Part shown: one piece after another, positions 1 to 5,972 of the stretch
How the letters are laid out: each line of letters begins with the position of its first letter
How positions within the stretch are numbered: the first letter of the stretch is position 1
IMG/VR virus record: IMGVR_UViG_3300029174_000003
Location: 1 to 43,189 of that record
From: a virus
DNA length: 43,189 nt
Strand: one strand, 5' to 3'
Translations under genes and position numbers: made by a program
Notes under the pieces: generated by a model
What the model saw: the letters and a program-made list of their open reading frames with translations, nothing else
Databases searched by the model: none
Told to the model about the DNA's origin: nothing

Positions 1-99
1 CAGGAACTAAACAAATGAATGCACATGTACTTGACTATCTGATGAAAGTGTCTATTGACATGCGAATGAATCCTCATAAGTATTCCTACGAGGAGCTTG
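1..99. repeat. Window-terminal 99-bp direct repeat, identical to 43091..43189 (contig closes on itself)
   Basis: Read directly: caggaactaaacaaatgaatgcac...tacgaggagcttg occurs at both ends of the window. The unique genome length is therefore 43090 bp. Confidence 0.95.
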
Positions 100-134
100 G
101 TATGGTGTTGGTAAGACTTCAAGAGTTCAAATAA
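15..134 (+). CDS. Small early protein (39 aa), function unknown
   Basis: ATG at 15, TAA at 132-134, GGA about 9 nt upstream. It is below the 60-aa cutoff of the ORF track. It is the first ORF downstream of promoter 43042..43070. Its C-terminus (..LQEFK) resembles the end of the next small ORF (..IIEFQE). Confidence 0.4.
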   Translation: MNAHVLDYLMKVSIDMRMNPHKYSYEELGMVLVRLQEFK

Positions 135-143
135 TATTTATCC

Positions 144-180
144 ATAGAGTATTTACTTTCCTGATTAAGTACTCTATAAT
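144..180 (+). promoter_or_regulatory. Sigma70-type early promoter (TTTACT 152-157, 17-bp spacer, TATAAT 175-180) bracketed by the 8-bp inverted repeat ATAGAGTA/TACTCTAT
   Basis: Hexamers and spacing read directly. The inverted repeat lies at 144-151 and 170-177. The whole block is duplicated at 391..428. A second candidate promoter lies just upstream (TTGGTA 108-113, 18 bp, TAATAT 132-137). Confidence 0.55.
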
Positions 181-210
181 AAGTGTATACAAACTGATTA
201 GGTAACTAAT

Positions 211-381
211 ATGTTGACATTAAATATATCTGCAAACTTAGTACAAGGTTTCAAAGACTTCATGGAAGTCCATGGAGAAATGCAGTTAGAGCATGAAGAT
301 GGGTCTACCATGGAAGTGACTGAAGCTGTTGTTTATGTACTTGACCAACTTGGTAGTGACATAATAGAGTTCCAAGAATAA
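211..381 (+). CDS. Small, strongly acidic early protein (56 aa), function unknown
   Basis: ATG 211, TAA 379-381, AGGTAA upstream. Translation is MLTLNISANLVQGFKDFMEVHGEMQLEHEDGSTMEVTEAVVYVLDQLGSDIIEFQE, with 12 D/E and 1 K. It is below the track cutoff. Confidence 0.45.
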   Translation: MLTLNISANLVQGFKDFMEVHGEMQLEHEDGSTMEVTEAVVYVLDQLGSDIIEFQE

Positions 382-390
382 TATTTATCC

Positions 391-428
391 ATAGAGTATT
401 TACTTCTTGAACTAAGTACTCTATAATA
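391..428 (+). promoter_or_regulatory. Second copy of the early promoter/inverted-repeat block (TTTACT 399-404, 18-bp spacer, TATAAT 423-428)
   Basis: aataatatttatccatagagtatttact...taagtactctataataagtg is repeated from 131-186. The inverted repeat lies at 391-398 and 417-424. An upstream candidate promoter is GTGACA 356-361, 17 bp, TAATAT 379-384. Confidence 0.55.
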
Positions 429-489
429 AGTGTTATACCAACTGAGAGTTTTATGCTCTCCTATATTATCCTACTGGAGGATTTATATC

Positions 490-960
490 ATGACTATCAA
501 GAAACAATTTGAAGAAGTTTATGCTTTCCTGGAAGCTAATAAGAATAAGAAAGTCTCTACTGTATTTGATGACTTAGTTGCACTTATGAGCTCTAAGTCT
601 GGTGGTAGTGACATTGGTAAGACCTTCTTAAAAGATGCTGAAGGCAATGTCGTTGCAGTTTACTGCTACTACCATAAGAAATGGGAAGATGTCAGTGTAG
701 CAGAGTATGGTATCAAAACTAATACTGCAACTGGTCTGAATACTATGTGTAAGGAAGGTGTGAGCTCCTGGAGCAAGCAACAACGTGTTTATAAGAAGAC
801 TAATGAGGACTTACTTAAGCAAGTTGCTGCTGGTGAGCTGTCTCCTGAGGACTTACAGTCTAAGATGGATGAGGCAGAGGCTATCCGTAAGCAGATTGAA
901 GTGCGAAATGATGAGCATGGATTTGACACTGCTGAAGAGTTTATGTCTACCCAAGCATGA
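490..960 (+). CDS. Early protein (156 aa), AT-rich paralog of the 4481..4981 product; family not recognised
   Basis: Track ORF 430..960 trimmed to ATG 490, which is preceded by GGAGG (476-480). It aligns along its length with the 4481..4981 protein (shared GNVVAV.CYYH..W and G.N.M.K.G.S.W.KQ blocks). Confidence 0.8.
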   Translation: MTIKKQFEEVYAFLEANKNKKVSTVFDDLVALMSSKSGGSDIGKTFLKDAEGNVVAVYCYYHKKWEDVSVAEYGIKTNTATGLNTMCKEGVSSWSKQQRVYKKTNEDLLKQVAAGELSPEDLQSKMDEAEAIRKQIEVRNDEHGFDTAEEFMSTQA

Positions 961-1064
961 GTGCTTATATTGAGAGTGTTATGAGCACTCTCTAATAAGT
1001 ATTTATGTACTTTGCTAGGCTTTTTATACCTAATACTTATATGTAAGCGACTTAATATTATGGT

Positions 1065-1100
1065 AAAATGTCACAACACAATTCAAATCCTAAAAATCCT
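1065..1100 (-). repeat. Composite repeat copy A (inverted orientation): GTTGTGACA box plus tandem AGGATTT
   Basis: The reverse complement of 1065-1100 (aggatttttaggatttgaattgtgttgtgacatttt) matches copy B at 1151-1187 almost base for base. A and B form a roughly 36-bp inverted pair around a 50-bp AT-rich spacer. Confidence 0.75.
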
Positions 1101-1150
1101 ATTTTTATGTTGACGAATTTCAACCTATAAAATTACACCAATTTGAAAAC

Positions 1151-1187
1151 AGGATTTTCAGGATTTGAATTGCGTTGTGACAGATTT
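1151..1187 (+). repeat. Composite repeat copy B: aggattttcaggatttgaattgcgttgtgacagatttt
   Basis: Read directly. Tandem AGGATTT at 1151-1166 and the GTTGTGACA box at 1174-1182. By analogy with copy C it could carry a weak promoter (ATTGCG, 18 bp, GATAAG). Confidence 0.75.
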
Positions 1188-1237
1188 TGCCAGATAAGAT
1201 GTGAGATTTATACACAATCACTATGAGGTACTCGCAG

Positions 1238-1489
1238 ATGATTATCAGTGAACTAAAAGCATGCTATCCTAACAAACTCCTCCTACTGCGTTTATACGGG
1301 ATTGCTACGCTCTTATACGTGCCCGATACATGCTCTATACAAGTGTCTATCCTGTCTCCTGTGAGAGCTCGTGATGTCCTGGAGTTCGAATCTGACGAGT
1401 ACCTTGCCGAAGTGCTAAGCTACTTGCTTGACTTCTCCAGCGTCTCCTACGAATCTGCCCGAGTCAGAGGCTGTGTTGTGACAGATTAA
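1238..1489 (+). CDS. Hypothetical protein (83 aa) inside a visibly GC-richer insert
   Basis: An 88-codon open frame (track 1223..1489). I prefer the second ATG at 1238, which has GAGG 9 nt upstream. Codon usage differs from the AT-rich neighbours. No family recognised. The SD and start are complementary to 1390-1404 (see findings). Confidence 0.4.
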   Translation: MIISELKACYPNKLLLLRLYGIATLLYVPDTCSIQVSILSPVRARDVLEFESDEYLAEVLSYLLDFSSVSYESARVRGCVVTD

Positions 1490-1504
1490 ATTATCTATAT
1501 AAAA

Positions 1505-1541
1505 TCAGGATTTTCAGGATTTATATTTACGTTGTGACATT
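1505..1541 (+). repeat. Composite repeat copy C: aaaatcaggattttcaggatttatatttacgttgtgacattta
   Basis: Same orientation as copy B. Tandem AGGATTT at 1507-1522 and the GTTGTGACA box at 1531-1539. Confidence 0.75.
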
Positions 1542-1554
1542 TATACTATATAAT
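1526..1554 (+). promoter_or_regulatory. Sigma70-type promoter (TTTACG 1526-1531, 17 bp, TATAAT 1549-1554) with the GTTGTGACA box in its spacer
   Basis: Hexamers and spacing read directly. It lies about 30 nt upstream of the 1583 start codon. Confidence 0.6.
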
Positions 1555-1582
1555 ATCATTTATACAAAGTAAGGAACATTAT

Positions 1583-1765
1583 ATGAGTAAGTTTAAACCT
1601 AAATACAAAGTACATTATAACCGGTTGACAAAGCAACGCTCAGTAACTATAGGAGACAACCCACGTCACTATTATATTATGCCAGTTACACCAGCAGGTA
1701 CTACACGTACTCACTACATGTTACTGCCTAAACCCAATTCACTGGCATCTTATATCCAACAGTAA
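1583..1765 (+). CDS. Hypothetical early protein (60 aa)
   Basis: Track ORF with AAGGA about 8 nt upstream of the ATG, directly downstream of promoter 1526..1554. Confidence 0.6.
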   Translation: MSKFKPKYKVHYNRLTKQRSVTIGDNPRHYYIMPVTPAGTTRTHYMLLPKPNSLASYIQQ

Positions 1766-1808
1766 GAGATGCCATTTATGCCATAGCATACTCAAGAGGA
1801 GCTCTATA

Positions 1809-2228
1809 ATGTCTATTAACTATGAAGCACTTAAGCTGTGCCCTGTTTATAAGCACAAAGCAGAAGAAGAGTATAAGCATGTTGCACGCATGACTATATG
1901 TGATGCAGAACAGTTCTTAGCAGTAGACTTATACCTTTATACTCATACTATTGATGACGAGCGATTAGAGTATTTTGCTAAAGGAGTACTTACATCTCCT
2001 GAATATACTAAATGGTTAGAGAAGTATGGCGTAGTGTTTACTAGCTCTGCTACTATTATATCAGTAGAACGTGCACTACTAAATAAGTACTATGTAAATG
2101 TAAATGGTACTACCTTACGTCTGCTGGAGTTCGCTTATACTATTGAGCAGGCAATACATCAAGCTACTAAGAAAGTAGAAACTTATGTAGCAACTATACC
2201 AGACAGTTATTATGCGGAGAAACTATAA
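1809..2228 (+). CDS. Hypothetical early protein (139 aa)
   Basis: Track ORF with GAGGAG upstream of the ATG. No motif recognised. Confidence 0.75.
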   Translation: MSINYEALKLCPVYKHKAEEEYKHVARMTICDAEQFLAVDLYLYTHTIDDERLEYFAKGVLTSPEYTKWLEKYGVVFTSSATIISVERALLNKYYVNVNGTTLRLLEFAYTIEQAIHQATKKVETYVATIPDSYYAEKL

Positions 2229-2482
2229 TGCATACTGAACAATATTACCAGGGTTACATAGCTGGTGAGGCAGGCGCACGGTCAAGTAATAATCCTTATC
2301 AGCATGGCACAGAAGACCATCACCAATGGTTAGCTGGTTGGTCTGCAGCACAGGATGACTATTATAGTGAGCTATATAAAGCGGAGCATATTAATGATAC
2401 CTCAGTTATACTTATGCTTGTCGGTATTATATTAGCTTGTGCCTTTCTTTTAGCTAGTGTGTTAGGGTGGTTACCATGGTAG
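2228..2482 (+). CDS. Rmf/CrpP-like domain protein with C-terminal transmembrane anchor (84 aa)
   Basis: TAATG overlap with the upstream stop, GGAG upstream. QGYIAGEAGARSSNNPYQ-x7-QWLAGWSAA parallels E. coli RMF (RGYQAGIAGRSKEMCPYQ-x6-QWLGGWREA). The C-terminal VILMLVGIILACAFLLASVLGWLPW is hydrophobic and helix-length. Confidence 0.65.
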   Translation: MHTEQYYQGYIAGEAGARSSNNPYQHGTEDHHQWLAGWSAAQDDYYSELYKAEHINDTSVILMLVGIILACAFLLASVLGWLPW

Positions 2483-2652
2483 AACTAATACTTACAATGT
2501 GCATAAGTGCTACTACTTGCGACGCTTATGTATTAGATAAATTTGACACTCTTAAAGAGTGCATTGAAGACCGTGCTGCCTTTATAACAGACCGTAAGTT
2601 ACCATATGAGGAAGCTATTATGTTATCCTGTGAGGTGAAGAATGAGCTTTAA
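2476..2652 (+). CDS. Hypothetical small Cys-containing protein (58 aa)
   Basis: Track ORF 2467..2652 begins with GTG. The ATG at 2476 has AGGGTGG 5 nt upstream. Confidence 0.5.
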   Translation: MVELILTMCISATTCDAYVLDKFDTLKECIEDRAAFITDRKLPYEEAIMLSCEVKNEL

Positions 2653-2818
2653 ACCATTGAGAGATTCAAGACCTATGACAGAGCGACCAATAGCTATACA
2701 GTTAGAGGCTCAATTCTTTAAAACAATACAGCCATTATTAACTAAGAAGCAGCAAGGCAAAGTAATGGGTGCTTTTCGTGAAACACTTAAAAGCTTTATG
2801 GAGTCTACTAATGATTGA
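2642..2818 (+). CDS. Hypothetical small protein (58 aa)
   Basis: Not in the track (under 60 aa). ATG 2642 is preceded by GAGGTG. The frame stays open to TGA at 2816-2818 (MSFKPLRDSRPMTERPIAIQLEAQFF...SFMESTND). Confidence 0.5.
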   Translation: MSFKPLRDSRPMTERPIAIQLEAQFFKTIQPLLTKKQQGKVMGAFRETLKSFMESTND

Positions 2819-3293
2819 CTTTAGCAAAGAAGTGCTTGAGCTAACAAGAGGCAAGACGCCATTCAACCCGTCACGTAAAGCAACAGCTAGGGTCAGAAAT
2901 GTACTACCAATCCCTGTAGCATGTAACTTGTGCAGTGGACCTGTTGAAGTAATAACACATATTGAATTATACGGGCAGTTATATGGCGAGTGGCCATTTG
3001 CTTACAGATGTCAGGATTGTGGTGCTTATGTTGGCATGCATCCATTCACTAATATTCCATTAGGCACACTGGCAGATGCTGAGATTCGCGAGGCACGTAA
3101 GAAGTGCAAGCCTGCCTTTGATAAACTATGGAAGCATCGCCATGACTTTGACCGGTCATCAGCATATGAGTGGCTCGCTCATGAGATGGGTATACCAACA
3201 GAGCAATGCCACTTCGGTTGGTTCACAGCAGAACAATGCTACAAGGCTAAAGCTATATGTGAGAACGCCTGGTGGCTTGGGAGGAATAAATAA
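2811..3293 (+). CDS. Zinc-finger protein of the DUF3268-like phage family (160 aa)
   Basis: Start moved to ATG 2811, overlapping the previous stop. It has two Cys pairs (CNLCSG and CQDCGAYVGMHP), followed by LGTLADAEIREARKKCKPAFDKLW and EQCHFGWF. I recall this pattern from DUF3268-type proteins. Confidence 0.65.
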   Translation: MIDFSKEVLELTRGKTPFNPSRKATARVRNVLPIPVACNLCSGPVEVITHIELYGQLYGEWPFAYRCQDCGAYVGMHPFTNIPLGTLADAEIREARKKCKPAFDKLWKHRHDFDRSSAYEWLAHEMGIPTEQCHFGWFTAEQCYKAKAICENAWWLGRNK

Positions 3294-3490
3294 TGGCAAC
3301 TAAACGTTATACTAAAAAGACTATTGAGGGTGTGCTAGAACATTTTAAAGAACTAGGCTTAGCAGTATATGGTCCTAGTATGCAGGATAATTTAGAATTA
3401 CCAGCTTTAATGGACTATGATGCTAATGATATAATTAATCGTCGTAAGTGCATAGAAAATGATACTTTGGAGGTGTCAGATGACTGGTAG
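3293..3490 (+). CDS. Hypothetical protein (65 aa)
   Basis: Track ORF with TAATG coupling and GGGAGG upstream. Confidence 0.65.
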   Translation: MATKRYTKKTIEGVLEHFKELGLAVYGPSMQDNLELPALMDYDANDIINRRKCIENDTLEVSDDW

Positions 3491-4022
3491 CAAGTGGATT
3501 AAGTCAGATGGCACTGCTCAAAACATGGCAGACCTGGACACTTGTCATTTGTTCTATACTTTACGCCTGGTGTGGAACAGTATGATGCCACGTCCTTTAT
3601 CTATAGGCACATTCAAGTCTGTGCTGTTCAGACCTGACCTGTATACTTCTGAGTACTGGAGTAAGTGCTTACCAGCAATGTTTGAGGAGCTGCACTCACG
3701 CACAGATTTACCTGAGCGGTACAAAGAGCAGTTAGCTAACATTCAGTTAGAGGCTTTACTGGACCGCACAAGTGAAGCTAACTTAGATAGGGCTATCATG
3801 GACTTCCTTAACAGAGAGGACACTGAATACTTGCCAGAAGAGGCTATGAAAACTTGGAGTACTGAGAAGGGAATTGATTTGTCTAGCCATACATTAGTTT
3901 TATTTAGCAATAAAGGTAAAACTACTATGTGCCCAAGATGCCAAACTAAATTTCCTGGCAAGCATTATTATGATGAAGTTGGTGTAACTTGTCCTGTATG
4001 CACTAGTCAATATGATTATTAG
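3480..4022 (+). CDS. Hypothetical protein with C-terminal zinc ribbon (180 aa)
   Basis: Track ORF 3459..4022 trimmed to ATG 3480, preceded by GGAGG. The C-terminus is CPRCQTKF...CPVC. Confidence 0.7.
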   Translation: MTGSKWIKSDGTAQNMADLDTCHLFYTLRLVWNSMMPRPLSIGTFKSVLFRPDLYTSEYWSKCLPAMFEELHSRTDLPERYKEQLANIQLEALLDRTSEANLDRAIMDFLNREDTEYLPEEAMKTWSTEKGIDLSSHTLVLFSNKGKTTMCPRCQTKFPGKHYYDEVGVTCPVCTSQYDY

Positions 4023-4030
4023 GAGTTACT

Positions 4031-4309
4031 ATGAATCTTAACGACAAACAATTAAAAGCAGACATTGATGCAGTAACTAAAGCTGGCCGTCTGCTGACAC
4101 TTTCAGGTTTTACAATAGACCTGGATAAAGTCCTGTACTTGGACCATGCAAAGTCTTCAAAGGCTTTCTGGGTTGTCATGCAAGGCACATCGTGGAATAG
4201 CGATGGAGATTATTATGACAATGCGCCATATATAACAGGAGCAGACGCTTGTGATGCTTTTATCAGGCATGGGAGGCTTACATTAATAAGCCAGTTCAAG
4301 GTCCAGTAA
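4031..4309 (+). CDS. Hypothetical protein (92 aa)
   Basis: Track ORF with AGGAG upstream. Confidence 0.7.
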   Translation: MNLNDKQLKADIDAVTKAGRLLTLSGFTIDLDKVLYLDHAKSSKAFWVVMQGTSWNSDGDYYDNAPYITGADACDAFIRHGRLTLISQFKVQ

Positions 4310-4349
4310 TTATAACTAGTACAGGTGAGCCATGTCTAATTCCGCCATT

Positions 4350-4410
4350 CAAAATAACTTAAAATAATTTGAAATAAACCGTGTACAAAGAGAACGGAAT
4401 GAATTAATAT
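4350..4410 (+). promoter_or_regulatory. Strong sigma70-type promoter with an A-tract UP-like element (TGTACA 4382-4387, 17 bp, TAATAT 4405-4410)
   Basis: aaaataacttaaaataattt at 4351-4370 precedes the -35. The hexamers were read directly. The same architecture occurs at 11024..11073. Confidence 0.55.
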
Positions 4411-4480
4411 TAATCCATCGACCGACGCAAACAGTCGAAGACTGTGAGCCGGTCACATCCGATAAAATGAGGGTATAAAT

Positions 4481-4981
4481 ATGTCTGGTATCAAAAAAGC
4501 GTTTCTGCCAATCGTCGAAGCATTGCGTGCTGCAATGGAAGCTGACCCGAAAGTTAAAGTAGCATCTGTCCTGGGTGACATCGAAGCACTGGCATCTGCC
4601 AAGTCTGGTGCAGGCGGCGGTAAAGCAACCACTTTCCATCGTGACGAAGCTGGCAACGTTGTTGCTGTCAAGTGTTACTACCACGGTCTGTGGATGGACC
4701 CGCGCGTCGCTGAGTTCGGCGAGAAGAAATCCAGCGCTTCAGGTTTCAATAGCATGTCTAAAGACGGCATGTCTAAGTGGACTAAGCAGAACGCGGCTGC
4801 TAAGAAAGCTAAAGAAGAACTGCTGCTCAAAGTTCAGTCTGGTGAAATCGCCGCTGACCAAATCGCCGACCAGCTGGCCGCTATCGATGCAGAGCGTTCT
4901 GCAGTGATTGCCCGTGAAGACGGTTATGGCTTCGCAACTCTGGAAGAGTGCCTGCAGGACTCCCAGAACCGCGGTCTGTAA
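4481..4981 (+). CDS. Abundantly expressed early/middle protein (166 aa), GC-rich paralog of the 490..960 product; family not recognised
   Basis: GAGGG SD. Codon usage is enterobacterial high-expression type (ctg, cgt, ggt, gaa, aaa, atc). The gene is flanked by a strong promoter and a strong terminator. Confidence 0.9.
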   Translation: MSGIKKAFLPIVEALRAAMEADPKVKVASVLGDIEALASAKSGAGGGKATTFHRDEAGNVVAVKCYYHGLWMDPRVAEFGEKKSSASGFNSMSKDGMSKWTKQNAAAKKAKEELLLKVQSGEIAADQIADQLAAIDAERSAVIAREDGYGFATLEECLQDSQNRGL

Positions 4982-4988
4982 TTCAGTT

Positions 4989-5015
4989 AGCCCGCCACTT
5001 CGCGGGCTTTCTTTT
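4989..5015 (+). terminator. Rho-independent terminator
   Basis: Stem agcccgc (4989-4995) pairs with gcgggct (5002-5008), followed by tttctttt. Confidence 0.85.
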
Positions 5016-5024
5016 AACCGGAAC

Positions 5025-5034
5025 TGTCACAACA
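5025..5034 (-). promoter_or_regulatory. Isolated GTTGTGACA box (tgtcacaaca) abutting the start codon at 5036
   Basis: This is the same 9-mer found in repeats A, B and C and at 1475-1483, read directly. Confidence 0.45.
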
Positions 5035-5035
5035 T

Positions 5036-5716
5036 ATGCTGAACATTATAGAACTATGGAAGACAGGAGCATATACTGAAGACACCATTGTGCGAACTCT
5101 AGGATGTTCGTACCTGGAATTCAGGCAGGCCCTTATTGAAAGCAAGTTGCCCTTACCACCTGACTTAACTACTGGTCTCCACTTCGAGATTTACCGGGAG
5201 TTTATTTCAGGAGTGGATGAGCGGTATGAAGACCTTACATGGATAGCAAAGTCTTATGGTATACAGATATCAACAGCATCAAGATATCGCAGCATGGCAC
5301 CAGTCAATGCTAGACCTAACTTAGCTACTGACGACGATATCAAGCAATATATAGCTGTAGGCTTTGACCCTAAAACTATAGCTAACTTATTGAATTGTTC
5401 TGTTCGTAGAGTAACTAAGTTAAGAGGACCAAGAAGTAAAGCTATAGTAACAGAAGAGACTCGTGCAGCAATTGTGGCAGACATTAATGATGGCATGCTA
5501 CATCACACTATAGCTATTAAGTATGGTGTGTCAGAGAGTCTGGTATCTAAGTTAAACCCAAACAAAGTGGCAAAGCCTAAGCGTCCACCACTGGATGATA
5601 CTGAATGGGCTTTAGCTAAAGCATCATTAACACGCTACTCTATATCTGAGGTAGCACGCATGCACAATGTATCGAGGGCATATATCTATGGTAGGCTGGC
5701 TAAAGAAAAAGCTTAA
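5036..5716 (+). CDS. DNA-binding protein built of about five tandem helix-turn-helix units (226 aa); candidate transcription regulator
   Basis: Recurrent HTH-like segments: TIVRTLGCSYLEFRQAL, WIAKSYGIQISTASRYRS, TIANLLNCSVRRVTKLR, TIAIKYGVSESLVSKL and EVARMHNVSRAYIYGRL. There is no clear SD. Confidence 0.7.
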   Translation: MLNIIELWKTGAYTEDTIVRTLGCSYLEFRQALIESKLPLPPDLTTGLHFEIYREFISGVDERYEDLTWIAKSYGIQISTASRYRSMAPVNARPNLATDDDIKQYIAVGFDPKTIANLLNCSVRRVTKLRGPRSKAIVTEETRAAIVADINDGMLHHTIAIKYGVSESLVSKLNPNKVAKPKRPPLDDTEWALAKASLTRYSISEVARMHNVSRAYIYGRLAKEKA

Positions 5717-5972
5717 AAATTACTGGCAGCGTCAGGTAGAACAACATGTTACTCACGGTGACTATCGCAAACCTCGCTTTCGTTTATTAACTAAAGAAGA
5801 GAAGGCAGAAATACAGTCTAAGATTTCTACTCCGATTAAATGGTATCGCACTGACAATGCAAGAGGCTACTATATATTCCCTGGCTTCACTATTGACAAG
5901 GCTAAAGAAGTTACAGGACTCACTCTCAATTATCTCGGCGGCGAATGGTACGTGGTGACATATGAAGATTAA
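5688..5972 (+). CDS. Hypothetical protein (94 aa)
   Basis: Track ORF 5667..5972 trimmed to ATG 5688, with GAGGG 9 nt upstream. Confidence 0.6.
   Translation: MVGWLKKKLKNYWQRQVEQHVTHGDYRKPRFRLLTKEEKAEIQSKISTPIKWYRTDNARGYYIFPGFTIDKAKEVTGLTLNYLGGEWYVVTYED

Noticed and set aside
959-991. Hairpin after the 490..960 gene as an intrinsic terminator
   Set aside because: The stems are only 6-7 bp with large loops and there is no following U-tract. At best it is a weak attenuator, so I did not list it as a feature.
1390-1400. Hammerhead-ribozyme-like core CUGACGAG
   Set aside because: There is no GAAA box, no stem II hairpin and no plausible cleavage-site context. It is most likely a coincidence within a coding region.
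1375-1410. tRNA-like T-loop sequence GAGTTCGAATCT
   Set aside because: The flanking bases cannot form a 5-bp T stem, and no acceptor, D or anticodon arms can be drawn. I saw no tRNA anywhere in the window.
1065-1541. The three ~37-bp repeats as a mini CRISPR array or repeat-mimic RNA
   Set aside because: One copy is inverted and the spacings are 50 and about 320 bp. The copies overlap promoter hexamers and there are no cas genes. An operator/promoter or iteron interpretation fits better.
4443-4457. CRP-like palindrome TGTGA-gccgg-TCACA in the leader of the 4481 gene
   Set aside because: The spacer is 5 nt rather than the 6 nt of CRP sites, and the element lies inside the transcribed leader. 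It is more simply a small leader hairpin.
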